Source: the human T2T-CHM13v2.0 reference genome, Homo sapiens
DNA: 64,000 nt
Reading direction: 5' to 3' (one strand)
NCBI RefSeq assembly: GCF_009914755.1
Contig: NC_060933.1
The notes beneath the pieces were generated by a model that saw nothing but the letters and a program-made list of their open reading frames with translations, did no database searches and was not told the DNA's origin. The translations under genes were made by a program, and so were the position numbers. Positions 1 to 15,291 of this stretch are shown one piece after another. Every line of letters starts with the position of its first letter. Within the stretch, counting starts at the first letter, position 1.

Positions 1-68
1 GCACTGGGGTCGCTCCAGAGCTTTCAAACCAGCTTCCCCAGGGCGCTGTGCAGGGCCGGGCCCCTACA

Positions 69-296
69 ATTTTTGTATATTGATCTTGTACCTTGCTGTC
101 AGGCTGAACTTGTTTATTAGTTCCAATAATTTTTTTTAGTGGCATTGTTGGGGTTTTCTATATAAAGGTAATGTCATCTGCAAGTAGAGCTAATTTTACC
201 TCTTCCTTTCCAATCTGAATGCCTTTACTTTATTCTTCGTTTAATTATCTTATCTTGGCTAGAACCTCCAATACAATGGTAAATAAAAGAGGTAAA
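69..296 (-). mobile_element. Old LINE-1 (L1M) ORF2 fragment
   Basis: Antisense L1 ORF2 text (tttttgtatattgatcttgta...atgtcatctgcaa...tcttcctttccaat...ggctagaacctccaatacaatg). Confidence 0.8.
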
Positions 297-792
297 TGTG
301 CTGCAGTGAGTGCTTAAAGTTTTATGTTGCCTTAGCATCCATTTTCAAATATGTGTTTAACTTTCTCAAACCAGAAGCAGGGTTCAGTCACCCTTGATGC
401 AGTTTCCTGTACTATACCCCCCAAATGGCTCCAGGTGGTGACCAGAAATAAAAACTTGGAGGCATCTCTGTCTCGTAGCAGGCTGGGCTCCCAGCTTTCC
501 TGCTGCTTCCTCTAAACAGACCATTTAGACACTTTTCAGTCACAATGTGACTTCCTAGTACTAGTGCCTGCTTGCTTTAAGCCCATCAATTTAAAGCTCC
601 CTGTTTATATAATGCCCTGGACCCAATAAAGGCATTGACCTCCTTGTGTGTGTGTGTGTTTTCTAAGCATGCTGTGTGCCCCCCAGGGAACTTTCACACT
701 GTGGTCATGTCATTGAAGCCACATCTGCAATCTGACCCATGCAGGTGGATCTCCTGCTGCTGCGCTTCTGTCTGGGTCTCTGGTGGCTGCAG
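297..792 (+). mobile_element. Probable ERV1-class LTR, subfamily not determined
   Basis: Begins TG where the L1 stops; AT-rich TATA-like tttatataa at ~604 and AATAAA at 625; LTR-like text; edges approximate. Confidence 0.45.
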
Positions 793-1954
793 AAACAATG
801 GCTACAAGCTGAGCAGATAAAGAAACTCAGAGAGTTCATTCTAAACAAGTGAACAACCTCTTCTTCCTGATCTAAGGCAAAAAGCATTTAACCTTTCATC
901 ATTTATTTCTCCACAAGTGTGGCATGTCATCATTGCCACTCACTGACCCACACACTCATGGTTCATAGCCTGAGAAATAGTTTGCAAAGGCATATTTACC
1001 TTCATTGAAACCTTAGAAAACATATATAAAGGCAGTTCAAAAATCAACCTTAAAATATGCCATAAAAAGACAGAGAGAGGTAAGAAGATACTCATGAAAT
1101 CAGTCATTGTCTCAAACAAGAATAATTTTAGAGAAAGTGGATTGGGTCCTTCTTTCCCTGGTTCTCTTGCTTTTTTCTATTCTCTTCTGCGAGCAATAAT
1201 CCTTTTGTCTGGCTTCTTCATTATTTCAAAGGAGAAAGTACAATATGAGCATGCATTCACCTATACTGTCAATTCCAGAAAAAAATAGCAGAGTTAAATA
1301 TAAATGGACCTTAGTCATATTTAACCATTGCTCTCCTTGACAATCCAAAGCTTAATAAAGTACATCTCTTTCCATTTAGAAATTCATATATTCATACTCA
1401 TACTGTTAACCTACTAAAATAAAAAAGTAGATGGAAATAATATACATGGAGCTAAAGTCAATATTAAATAGTCCCAGACATATGGTTTGTGACTAATTAT
1501 TAAACATAATATATGAATTCTTCCGGTGGGTTATACAATTTTAATTGGTTGATTAAAGGACCATTCTATTCTTCAAAGGAGATAATCATGCTAAATTTTA
1601 AGAAAAATTACAGTGGAGGTATTCATTTATTTATGTCTTTATAAAAATGTAATATAAAATGTTTATGCAAAGGAGGCCTGTGAGAGAGGGGAGTGTCAGG
1701 GTTTAATAAGATATTTGGAGTAGTTTCATCCCATGACCACACATGTTCTGCTTTACCATCTGCAATCTCATTAGCTGTCCATGAAGATGCTGTGCTGAAT
1801 GTAGACCTGAAATTTAGACATAAGCACTCACATATATGAAATATACATTGCTAGAGGAGCAAATAAACAAAGAAGAAAAACATTTTTTGATTTGTGGCTT
1901 CACTTTTGAACAATAACCAAAAATATTCTACATGCTTGAAGGAAAAAAAAACTC

Positions 1955-2002
1955 ATTTTATTCTTATGAGACCAAAGGATTTTATTCTTACGAGACCAAA
2001 GG
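1955..2002. repeat. 24-bp tandem duplication (attttattcttaYgagaccaaagg x2)
   Basis: Direct repeat 1955-1978 / 1979-2002, one mismatch. Confidence 0.9.
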
Positions 2003-3867
2003 AAATGACAACAGAAGGTGAAATACAATGCAACTAGCCTGGGAAATCTTTCTGCTTGGTTCAGCTGGGCCATGGACAATTTCAAAACGAAGCAATGTGA
2101 AAACAGCACATTAATGAATGGATGGATAAAGAAACATGGAGAGAAGATACATTACTTTGGCTACCAGAGGTACAAATGCAAAAAGATTCTCCACTTTTGA
2201 CTAGTAGAACTGATGATGGATTTAAAATCAGCTGCACACTGAGGGATTTTTGTTCAAGTGTAACATAAATTGTGTTACAATATGAGGATAAAATATGTTA
2301 TTTTGGGCTATGTTTTAGTGCATAAACACTAACAACATTAATGAAATAATAATTTACTTGAAAGATGTTTAATCTATTTGTAAATAGCTCTGTCACCTGC
2401 TGAATGGCTTTCATATGTTTCAAGTAATATTTAATTTCTAAAGAGTATCCTAGACTTTACTCTGAGGATTTATTATATTAACTCTCTCAAAGAGACCTTA
2501 TATCGTAAAGAGAGTGTTATCTAGAAAACAAACCTCCTGGGTGTCACACGTTGCTAGTTATGATATTGCTTAAGGTAAAATGGGAAAATTACAGCCCAAG
2601 GCTATTTCCCAGTTACCTCTGCTTAGGGACAATAACTGAACGACCCCACAGAAAACACGTTAGGGTAGAAGGGGCCTGTTTTCCAGGAATTCCTGCTTCT
2701 TCATGTTAAGTACCCTCCCAACCAAGTGAAAGCGAAGACTTCTTAGTAGAAAGGCAAATTCAGCAAACTACTTTCCTTTTTTATCTGAGATAAAAATTAA
2801 GTGAGTCTTTGTGTTTTTGTGTATTTATGTTCTCAAGTTTTGCCCTTGTTTATTTTCTGTTCTTTATTAATGAATCAGTAGTTCCATTCTTGAGTTGTTT
2901 TGAATTATTTCACCTGGAAGAAGACAAATTTAAGAAGTCCTAGTAAGTAAGCATGAAAAGGGGTCTTAAATGAGTATCAGGAATCAAATGCACTGAGTCC
3001 TCGGGTGAGTATTCAACCCCTGGGGACTAAGTAATCCTTTCCACTGCCTCTATTTTATTTCTCTTGAAGAACATAAAAATCTAACAAAAGTGCTTAGCTA
3101 TCCAAAATTATCAAATATTGAAAGAATGATTTTTTTCCACATCAAACAAAATTTAGTTAAATGGTAGTTTCCACATAGATATAAAATGTTGAGCAGCATT
3201 AGAGATTAACCCTGTGAGGTGGGGGAGATAAAGAAAGGTTTAGTGGTGGTACAATTAGCTGAGGAGTCAAGAGAAATAGAAAACAAAAAATCTTCTATTT
3301 TGTCTTCTTTGGATCATGAATCCATTGTTATGTTTTATTTTTATTAAACAATTATTTCCCATGCTGGAAGAGTGAAAGAGTTGAGCCATCCTAAGGAACT
3401 TAAGGTGTGACAATTTACAGAGAAGAATAGTTGTAACATTGCTCATTTACTCTGAGTATAAACATGAAAAATAGTTTTAAAAATACGGTGAAATAATTTA
3501 TTCCACAGAGAAGTCATGGAGCTCTCTTACACATCATATTGTATACTAATAGCTTTGGGTGGGTGGTCTTCAGGTGATAGCACAGAAATGGAGTACGAAT
3601 TTGCAGGGAAATGACACAAATTGAATCAGGCTTCAGTTTACCAGCTACTGATTGCTATTAACAGGGCATTTTGATGTGAGTCTCCACTAAGCATGTGAGT
3701 TAGAAAATAGCTCTAAAGACCATCCTTGATGGATCATTACTTTGAGATGCAAACCCCAGATTGCATTATTAAAACATCTTGGAATCAATTCTGTGCATTT
3801 CCAAATAAGCTCTGGCATGCATATGACCACATCATTAATACAGTTTACTTCTCTGGATCCTAGACTC

Positions 3868-4225
3868 TTTTTTTTTTTTTTTTTTTGAGATGGAATCTTA
3901 CTCTGTGCCCAGGCTGAAGTGCAGTCGGCTCACTGCAAGCTCCGCCTCCCAGGTTCACGCCATTCTCCTGCCTCAGCCTCCTGAGTAACTGGGACTACAG
4001 GCACCTGCCACCACGCCTGGCTAATTTTTGTATTTTTAGTAGAGACGGGGTTTTGCCATGTTGGCCAAGCTGGTCTTGAACTCCTGACCTCAGGTGATCC
4101 ACCCACCTCGGCTTTGAGAACAAGAACACCATATCTGCTGGTCTCAAACTCTTCACCTCAGGTGATCCACAGTCCTCAGCCTCCCCAAATCCTAGGATTA
4201 CAGGCGTGAGCCACTGCACCCAGCC
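3868..4225 (-). mobile_element. Composite Alu (5'-truncated Alu + 24-nt filler + left-arm fragment)
   Basis: Poly-T then Alu antisense to 4112, non-Alu 4113-4136, Alu resumes at 4137 repeating the gctggtct...ggtgatcc segment. Confidence 0.9.
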
Positions 4226-4426
4226 AAAAAAACTGATGCTATTTTCTATACACCTTGCACCTTATGGATGTGCCTACCAGAGATCTGGATTATAACCCTA
4301 CCTTGTCACCATAAAAAATTCATTCCTATTGGACACTGACATGAAAGCCTTATGTTACGTTTTGTGATTAAGCAGTTTTCTCTTACAGCTTATTTACAAG
4401 GGAAAGAGAAAGGAAACAAGAAATAG

Positions 4427-4806
<380 letters not shown>

Positions 4807-5075
4807 TAAAGATCTCAAAACTCTAAGATATTTTCACATCCTGTCCCCACATTCCAAGGTTAGGAAGATTGAGAAGGTATTCATTTACTATTAGTTATTT
4901 ATTTTATTGTTATTTATATTAAAAATCTCAAGGCAAAATATTAGGTGATTATCCCAAAAGATTACATTAAAGCATATTCCATAATTAAATATACATTTCA
5001 AATTTAGAAGTTAGTTTTAAAAGCTCATCAGTTAAGGTCTGGAACATAAAAAACATTTCATAAAATTAAGGTTTC

Positions 5076-5370
<295 letters not shown>

Positions 5371-5394
5371 TTAAGGTTTCACTGATCCTCTGTC

Positions 5395-5940
5395 CCAGCA
5401 GTTCTAATCCCACGAGAACTAAAAAACATAGGTTCACATGAAAACTTATGATAGTTCAAGGCATCTTTATTTCTAACATCTAAACATCCCAGCTGTCCAT
5501 CAATAAGAAAATGGGCTAACAAATGGTATACAATGGAACAGTACTCACAATAAAAAGAATCAACTTTTTTTTTGTTTTTTTTTTGAAGGAGTCTCACTCT
5601 GTTGCCCAAGCTGAAGTGCAAGTGGTGAGATCTCGGCTCACTGCAAGCTCCACCTCCGGGTTCAAGCGATTCTCCTGCCTCAGCCTCCGGAGTAGCTGGG
5701 ATTACAGGTGCCCGCCACCACACCCGGCTAATTTTTGTATTATTAGTAGAGACAGGGTTTCACCATGTTGGCCAGGATGGTCTCAAACTGCTGACCTCAA
5801 GTGATCCACGTGCCTGGGCCTCCCAAAGAGCTGGGATTACAGGCGTGAAGCCACTGTGCCTGGCCAAGAATCAACTTACTGATAAACACAACAAGACAGC
5901 TGAATCGCAAATAATAGTATGCTGAGGGAAAGAAGCTTTT
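5395..5940 (+). mobile_element. Old L1M 3' fragment interrupted by an Alu
   Basis: L1 3' motifs (tgtccatcaata...aaatggtatacaatggaa...tactcacaataaaaagaa...tatgctgag). Confidence 0.65.
5565..5865 (-). mobile_element. AluSx/Sz
   Basis: Alu antisense; TSD aagaatcaactt on both sides. Confidence 0.95.
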
Positions 5941-6272
5941 AACAAATGCCTACCTGCCTGCCCTCCTTCCTTTTCTTCTTTTATGTTTTTAACCTGGCTT
6001 AATTTTCTTGGCTTCATTATTTTAAGCAATTTTTGCAGTGTTGAAAAATTTGCAAGTAAGTTTTCAGAAACAGTTAACTTCAAAATCCTACACATGCTAT
6101 ACATGAAGACAGTAAAAACATGGATGGAAAGAAATAATCAGTTTATTTACATTTTCTGTTTATATGATAAGTAGTAATTTAGCTGAGGTTGACAATTCAT
6201 TTAAATGAGATAAAAGTCATTTACATTGTCTCTGTGGCTGTTTTCACGATACAAAGGGATGCAAAGGTAGGG

Positions 6273-6757
6273 TGTTACTGAGCAAACAATGGGCTTGCTG
6301 CCTAATGTACATGGAGGCCAAGACCATGGCACTGGCTTTTGAGGAAAAAAAAGCTTCATTGCAAGTGGACTGGCAAGGAGACAGGAGGAAGTGCTCCAAT
6401 ATATCACCCCCAGCTGACGTTTGGGTCGGGTTTTATAAGCATAGGGTAATGAGGTGTGATCTGATTGAATTCTGCAATGAGATGATGCCAGGAGGCATGA
6501 TCTGATTCGATTCCACAATGGGCTGATGCCAGAGCTCAATTTGATTGGATCCTGGATCCTTCCATACTGCGTCTGCTTCTTAATTCAGTCCCTGCTCCTT
6601 GGTCTTCTCCTTGGTCTGGGCACTTCTGTTCCCCTTGTGGTTGCATACTTGGTTCATCTGGGCATGCTCAGTTTACATGACCTTCAGCCTGAGGGCTCAG
6701 ACCAACTCATAACTTTGTTGGATTAAAGTTTAGCCAGATTTGTCTGGCGCTGTTGCA
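6273..6757 (-). mobile_element. Solo ERV1 LTR (MER4-group-like)
   Basis: TG...CA ends; repeated ctgattg (CCAAT-like on minus strand); near-direct flanks ggtaggg / ggtagag. Confidence 0.75.
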
Positions 6758-6808
6758 GGTAGAGCAGTTGTGACAGGACTATGTTGCCCTCAAAGCTGAA
6801 CATATTTA

Positions 6809-7319
6809 CAGTGGTGCACCCTTATCCACAGGGGATTCCTTCCAAGATCCTCAGTGGACACCTGAAATCTTCAGTAGTACAGGACACCATACATATTGTG
6901 TTTCCTTTACATATATATTTATAATAAAGTTTATAAATTAGGCACGGTAAGAGATTAACAACAATAGCTACTAATAACATAGAACAATTCTAACAATAAG
7001 CCAGCATCACTATTCTTGTGCTTTGGTGCCATTATTAAGTAAAATGAGGGCTCCTTAAACACAGCACTGTGATACCTCAACAGTCAATCTGATAACTCAG
7101 AAGGCTACTAAGTGACTAACGGGCAGGTAGCGTATAAGGCATGGATATGCTAGACAAAGTGGTGATTCATGTTCTAGGAGGGACACTACTCAAAACAGCA
7201 TATAATCTAAACTTATATATTATTTATTTCTAGAATTTTCCATTTAATATTTTCAGACCACAGTTGACCACATTTAACTGAAACCACAGAAAGTGAAACC
7301 ATGGATGGGGGAACTACTC
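6809..7319 (+). mobile_element. MER44B (TcMar-Tigger)
   Basis: CAGTGGTGCACCCTTATCCAC...ATGGATGGGGGAACTACT terminal inverted repeats, TA flanks, body matches MER44B as recalled. Confidence 0.85.
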
Positions 7320-7815
7320 TATACCATATCATCTGTCACCTTACAGAAACTGTTCACTGATCCCTTTTGTAGACTAAAGAGTCATAAAGATTTCTCACTA
7401 TGTGAGATAGAATAATTTTTAAAAGCGTAAGTTTCAGTTTACACTTTTAAGTTCCAAGTTCCCTCTATGACTGATCATCTGACTTTGCATGAGTCACACA
7501 AGCTGAGTCCAGCTGTCCCCAGCCACTGAGATGCAGTTACTAACAAGCACCTCTACTCAGTTCCCAATCTGTCAAGTGTGCAGTGAGCATCTAAGGTCAA
7601 GAATACATTTCAATGATCACAACAGCTGGTGCTGAGAATACCATCAAAATATAAATAATGGCCTTGACAATGTAACTGAGAAGACTAGTATATTTGAAAC
7701 ATGGGAGGCAAACTCAAGACAGAATATAAATACATTTAATTACTAAGTCACGTAGTAAGTTTTGGTATATCCATATAGTGGAATATTTTAGCAGGCATTA
7801 AAAATGATATTTTTC

Positions 7816-8110
7816 GGCCAGGCACAGTGGCTCACGCCTGTAATCCCAGCACTTCAGGAGGCCGAGGTGGGCGGATCACGAGGTCAGGAGATTGAGACCA
7901 TCCTGGCTAATACGGTGAAACCCTGGCTCTACTAAAAATACAAAAAATTAGCCGGGCATGGTGGTGGGCGCCTGTAGTCCCAGCTACTCGGGAGGCTGAG
8001 GCAGGAGAATGGCATGAACCCAGGAGGCGGAGCTTGCAGTAAGCCAAGAAGGTGCCACTACACTCCAGCCTGGGCGACAGAGCCAGACTCCATCTCAAAA
8101 AAAAAAAAAA
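7816..8110 (+). mobile_element. AluY/Sc
   Basis: Full dimer; TSD gatatttttc on both sides. Confidence 0.95.
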
Positions 8111-8225
8111 GATATTTTTCAAAGAAATACGTTTATGGTGGTTTGGTTTTAATTGAGATACATAAATACTGCTTCAATTTCTGTAATGGCTGTGAGATGT
8201 TCCTGTTTTAACTCCCTTCTTGGGA

Positions 8226-9345
8226 AACTATTTCTGTTTGCAGATGACATAATCCTATATCTAGAAAATGCCATCATCTCAGCCCAAAAGCTTCTTAAGC
8301 TGACAAGCAACTTCAGCGAAGTCTCAGGATACAAAATCGATGTGCAAAAATTACTAGCATTCCTATACACCAACAACAGGCAAGCCAAGAGCCAAATCAC
8401 GAATGAACTCCCATTCACAATTGCCACAAAAGAATAAAATACCTAGGAATACAGCTAATCAGGGAGCTGAAAGACCTCTACAAAGAGAACTACAAAACAT
8501 TGCTCAAAGAAATCAGAGATGACACCAAAAAATGAAAAAACATTTCATGCCCATGGATAAGAAAAAAACAATATCATGAAAATGGCCATACTGTCTAAAA
8601 CAATTTATAGATTCAATGTTATTCCCATTAAACTATCATTGATATTCTTCACAGAATTAAAAAAAACTATTTTAAAATTCACATAGAACCAAAAAAAAAA
8701 AAAAAAGCCCAAATAGCCACAACAATCCTGAGCGAAAAACACAAAGCTGGAGGCATCACACTACCTGACTTCAAACTATACTATAAGGCTACAGTAACCA
8801 AAACAGCATGGTACTGGTACAAGAACAGACACATAGACCAAGGGAACAGAAACGATAACCCAGAACTAAGACCACAGACTTATAGCCATCTAATCTTCAA
8901 CAAACCTGACAAAAACAAGCAATGGGGAAAGGATTCCCTATTTAATAAATGGTGTTGGGAGAACTCTGGCTAGCCATATGCAGAAAATGGACCATATAGA
9001 AAAATCAACACAAGATGGGTTAAAGACTTAAATGTATAACCCAAAATTATAAAAATCCTAAAAGAAAACCTAGTCAATACCATTCAGGACACAGGTATGG
9101 GCAAATATTTCATGATGAAATGCCAAAAGCAATTGCAACAAAAGCAAAAATTGACAAATGGGATCTAATTAAACTAAAGAGCTTCTGTACAGCAAAAGAA
9201 ACTGTCATCAGAGTGAACAGACAAGCTACAGAATGGGAGAAAAATTTTGCAATCTATCCATCTGACAAAGGTCTAATATCCAGCATCTACAGGGAACTTA
9301 AACAAATTTACAATAAAAAAACAAACAACCCCATTAAAAGGTGGA
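8226..9345 (+). mobile_element. L1PA/L1PB ORF2 (RT and C-terminal) fragment
   Basis: ORF track [12 protein letters not shown]...SGYKIDVQK and [25 protein letters not shown]; many stops. Confidence 0.95.
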
Positions 9346-10688
9346 CATTCTTTTCACTCTAGGAATCTCTGATTTGTCTCTGGCACTTTCAAGAATTTGT
9401 ATTTTTCTTTGTCATCTGATGATTCATTAAAATGTATCAAGGTGTTGGAGATTTTTTTTTTCATACTGCTTGTAGATTTTTTTGCTTTCCTTCCTAAATT
9501 CATGTTCTTAGCCTATTGTGACTCGGCTATATGCAAGAAGTCTGGCTCAGCCTTCCCAACATTTTATGTGTCCAAGGCCTACTTTTACTTTCCCCTGAGT
9601 AGTTGTTAATACCCCAAACTCTGGGTAACCCAGGTCAGTTTCTGTTCCCCAGGCAACTCTAGCTCCTGTACTGCTTTTATCTATTTCTGGATTGCCATCA
9701 GGGCTTCCTTGAGAGCTTCACATTTACTTAAAAGTAGACTTGATATAATTTCCTGATATTTTGTAGAGCTACAAGGCTTTTTAGGAAACCCAGTTTGGCC
9801 AATTGACAGAAATGGAAGTCCAACTTTGGTGGGAAAACTATTATTGTCAATCACTTTATATAGAATGAAACAGTGGTGCAGAGACATGACTTTGAATTAT
9901 GCAAGGTCAAAGTGCCAACATACTTCAGATGTAGAACTTAAAGTCAACAAATCTGAAACCAACGTTAATGTGTTCCTCAATACTTCAGTGAATACAATTA
10001 CGGATAGCAAGGTGAGTAACCTAAAGCAAAAACAAGGGACTACTTTACTCCTTGTGTTTCGTCCTATTCCATAACATAGTTTGTGTTCTTGGAACTGTAA
10101 ACTTCGTCTTTTTAACTACTTGCCACATGGTAAAACTGACAATCATGAAATATGTCACGTTATCCTGTGACTTAGAATGTCTGGTGGGGCATCACTCCAC
10201 TCTTCTGGAGAGAACATGTATGACAGTTTGAAACATTCAAAATGTGCTGTTCTTTGCAGTCAGGAAAGAACTTCAGGGCAGGACAGAAAGAAATCAGTCA
10301 CAACATTTCAGATATTGGTGTTAGAAGGAGTTATTTAGGGAGTTATTTAGAGATAAGACATACTTCCTGGCTCTGTTGAAATCACATTGTGTAAGAAGCT
10401 GCCTATTTCATTAATACATAAAGCCAGCCTTCCTTTACAAGTAGAGGCTACATTATCCCTGATTATGCTTTATTTTTAAAACGTGAACTTGAGGAAAGAG
10501 ACTCAGGCCTGTATCATACACTTTCCTTAGTTTTTGTTTTGTCAGAAGCATATTATTAACAAGTAGTCTCTTTCAAAAAGACAAGATACAAACGAGTAGA
10601 AAAAAATCCATTCTCTTATCTCATGATGGTTAGATTATTTAAGAGTTGAAGTGATTGCTATGTCATTTGCATAAATTCAAGGACTTTT

Positions 10689-10994
10689 ATTTATTTATTT
10701 ATTTATTCATTTTTGAGATGGAGTCTCGCTCTGTCACCTAGGCTGGAGTGCGGTGGCGCGATCTCGGCTCACTGCAAGCTCTGCCTACCGGGCTCATGCC
10801 ATTCTCCTGCCTCAGCCTCCTGAGTAGTGGGACTACAGGTGCCCACCACCACACCTGGCCAATTTTTTGTATTTTCAGTAGAGACGGAGTTTCATCCTGT
10901 TAGCCAGGATGGTCTCGATCTCCTGACCTCGTGATCCGCTCACCTCAGCCTCCCAAAGTGCTGGGATTACAGGCGTGAGCCACCGCGCTTGGCC
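10689..10994 (-). mobile_element. AluY/Sc
   Basis: Alu antisense with (TTTA)n tail; TSD aaattcRaggactttt (10673 / 10995). Confidence 0.95.
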
Positions 10995-12412
10995 AAATTC
11001 GAGGACTTTTCTCTCTCAATTGCTTACAATTAAAAATTTTGTAGTAGCACATGCTCACAGATTTGGGGCTTTCAGAAATGTCTTTTCAAACTAAAAACTT
11101 TTAAAATAAATAATATTGCAGATATTTAAAATAATAATATTTCTAGATTGCAGAGGAAATACAAACTCCCAATTAATCATACCAAATATATTCTATGTTC
11201 TTTAACTTCTGGTAGAAAAAAAATCAGATTTATACTTTATATCTTCCTGTATTTTAGAAAATAGCAGACAATGAGAGAAGATAATTCTCTAATGAGATAT
11301 TTGGGATCCAACACGGAATAAATGTCTGTATCTTAATTTTAAATTTTTACTATATAATTATTGATATCTTTTCCTAAAAGGGGAAATCCCTTACTCTAAT
11401 TTTGAGATTGATATTTAGAATAATTGCTAAACTAAATAGTAGACTTGAAAAAGCTTTGCTCATAAAATTCTTACAGATTTATTTTATTTTACAGAAGTGG
11501 TAATGGTAATTAACAAAAATTCTTAAGTGTAATAAATTCATTTTGGTAGATTTTGGTATGTAAATGAGAAAACAGTCTTCTAACTATAACAAATTATTTA
11601 GCTTAGTCTGTCATATAAAATTCAGTGAAAAACTAAAAAAAAGTAACAAAAAACTGAGCCTATTCAAATTATATGTAAAGTTTGTGCACAGTATATAAAA
11701 CTAAGTTAAGTAGGCTTACAAAATAACACTTCATATAGTATTTTGGGGAAACTCTTTCTCCAAGAGGAGAAAAAATAGCCAAATAGGAAAGAGAGTGCAA
11801 GGTTTTTAATCAAGTGTGTCTCTTCCCTTGGCTTGTGTGGGAAGATTGTAGATGGGATTACTAGGATCAGATTTAGAACACTGATCTGATGTCAATGACC
11901 TAAGTCAGCATAGCCAGCAAAGTAATATTTCCAGATAAAGAGAGAAAAAAAATTCTCCTAGATAAGAAAAAAACAACAGGGTGCTCTCAAAACCAGCACT
12001 GTAATCACCACTGAGCTAATTAGTAGGACATTTAAGGCCAAGGCACCATGGAAAGGCCAGAAAGAGACAAAAGTCAATAAAAATGGTCACTGACGACAGA
12101 GTCACAGTGCCTGGCTGACAGATGGTGCTGAAAATCTCTGAGAGATGAGGACGACTTCAGATAAGAGCGGTCCAGGGAAGATACTCAGTCATTGACAAAG
12201 CACAATGGGAAGGGTCAGTAAAAAGATCAATAACAGAAGGAAACAGCTGCCACATTCATCATTCTTAACGTCAAGGTTGACATTGGATAAATGGAGTTGG
12301 CCTTTTTTTTTCTTTTTTTTTTTTACAATAGTTTAGTGCAGAAACCTCTAAAAGGAGCTTGTACATGAAGAACTGAAGTGAGAAGCCTAGCCATTTGTAT
12401 ACCTTTTAGTAA

Positions 12413-13354
<942 letters not shown>

Positions 13355-13716
13355 TGAGAGAACAGAGTTGGGCTTCAACTCTGTTCTCTTTGTATTGAGA
13401 TCCTTGGTTATTGACTCTCAGCTTGGTACTCAGCTTTTGCTACCAATTCCCATTTGTTTGGCACCCTTGGAAAAATACTGCCATTTCTTTTCATTCCTTT
13501 TTGTTCTCTTTTGTGCTTCTGTTTTATGAGATACGTCTAAAGTGTTGTCTGTTATCAGAAGGAGAATCAGTGCAGAACACAGGCTTTGCTCCTCTAAGAG
13601 TGTCTCAGCTTGCTCCACAACTGATGAGCTGCAATTCTTACCAAACCAGCATCCATCTGGACAAACTTTCCTAAACTTTCCTGTCAGTCACCAATAAAAT
13701 GGGATAAGGTTCTTCA

Positions 13717-13749
<33 letters not shown>

Positions 13750-13949
13750 TGGCCCTGAGAGGTTGGATTTGATGCAGAGGGAATATTCTGGTTTTCCATT
13801 TGCCTGTGGGCACAAGTTGTCAAGTCTGCATTTGGAGGTTGCCAACTATCAGGTTGGGGGCCTAAGACATAAAGTGCACAAATATTACTTTCAACTGACC
13901 ATTGCCAGCTCCCATGGAATTTTCTGAGTGTAAATCCTCTTTTCCTTTT

Positions 13950-15185
13950 TTTCCTCCAGAAAAACCTCCCATTTCTTATACGTACCCTTGCTACGATCCT
14001 AGCACTTGCACCCATCTCTATACCAAGGATAATTTAGGCCTTCAGTGGCTAATCTGGAGAACATTGGACTTGAACAAAATTGTTCATTTGAAAAACACCT
14101 TAGAAAAGAGAGAATATTTCTCAGGGGCAATGGGCAGCAGTTTTTGATTGGTACACAAGTTTTCAAATGAAATTCTGATTCAGACATTACTCCGCTAAAA
14201 TATTTTTTGGCCAGAGCTAATGAACAGTATGACAAACTTAACAACAAACTAACTCATTTGCCCAGCAAATCTTCCCCCGGCTTCTCCTCCAGTTGACTTC
14301 AGCTCTGCAACTCTTCCTCATTCCCCCATCCTCCTTTCACACCTCATTGACTCCTCCCTCTTCTTCCAGACCCCCTACCTTCTCCCAGTGACTCTCCTAA
14401 GATCCCGGAATGTCATTTACCTCTAAAGTTCTATCTCTTCAATGACCCAAATACGCAAGCAGCAGTAGAATTTAAACCTTGAACACGAGCTGAATTAAAA
14501 GCTATGACTAAGCATTTCCCAAAGGAGTTCAGAATTCTAAATTCTTTTAGTTGTACACAACTCAGGGTTACCTGAGCTATATCAACTTGTATTTATGTTT
14601 GTAGATCCTCAGACATTAAATCCTGATGGCAAAAGCCAGTTGGATTCACCAGGACAGAGATCTACAGCATCTTTCTTTCCACAATAAGCCTGAGGGCCAA
14701 AAAGAGGCTCAAAAAGTAGGGCAATGTATCCTAAAAGCCTTACTTGAAACATTTCTAGTAAAAATAAAATGGACCACAATTTAATCATGTAAATAAAGAA
14801 AAGAAGAAATTATAGGAGATTTTCAGAATAAACTAGAAAACCCCTTTCAACAACATTTGAGTGTTAAAGAAGTGTAAGTGTAATAATGGCTCTTTTACCT
14901 ACTTTGTTAATGGAATTAAACCTGAAATTGGAGACAATAATTAGATCAAAATTAGAATGGGAAATAGCCACTTTACCTGAACTTCAACACCTGGCTGACA
15001 TTTTTGCAGAGCCCTAGGACAATAACAAGACAGGATCCAGAATAACCTTACGGCCCTGCAGATCAAACAGTTGAGTGGACGACCCATAGAAGAGGACACC
15101 TGCAGATATTGAAAACAGAAGGGACACCTGAAAAATGATTTTCCAGTAAAAATAAGACCAAAAGACCCCTTAATTTAGATCAATG
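13950..15185 (+). pseudogene. ERV gag remnant
   Basis: MA-like YTKDNLGLQWLIWRTLDLNKIVHLK; Pro-rich stretch; degenerate CCHC knuckle DTCRY*KQKGHLKNDF at ~15095-15142. Confidence 0.7.
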
Positions 15186-15291
15186 AAGGTACCCAATATC
15201 CTGATTTAAAATTTAACATTCAAGGTGAATTAACCATAAATATAGGTGGCCAACCTCAGCAATTCCTGGCAATATGGGCGCTACTCTTTCT

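Larger units (their letters stand above)
6215..7366 (+). mobile_element. MER58-like hAT-Charlie fossil split by an LTR and MER44
   Basis: Pieces read as MER58: catttacattgtctctgtggctgtttt..., agttgtgacaggactatgttgccctcaaagctgaacatattta, ccttacagaaac...tgatccct. Confidence 0.6.

Noticed and set aside
1-68. Possible end of an HML-type LTR (...gggcccctaca)
   Set aside because: Too short and cut by the window edge to support a call
13719-13748. 30-nt poly-T as a tail-only retrotransposition
   Set aside because: No TSD visible; more simply a homopolymer expansion in the ERV leader
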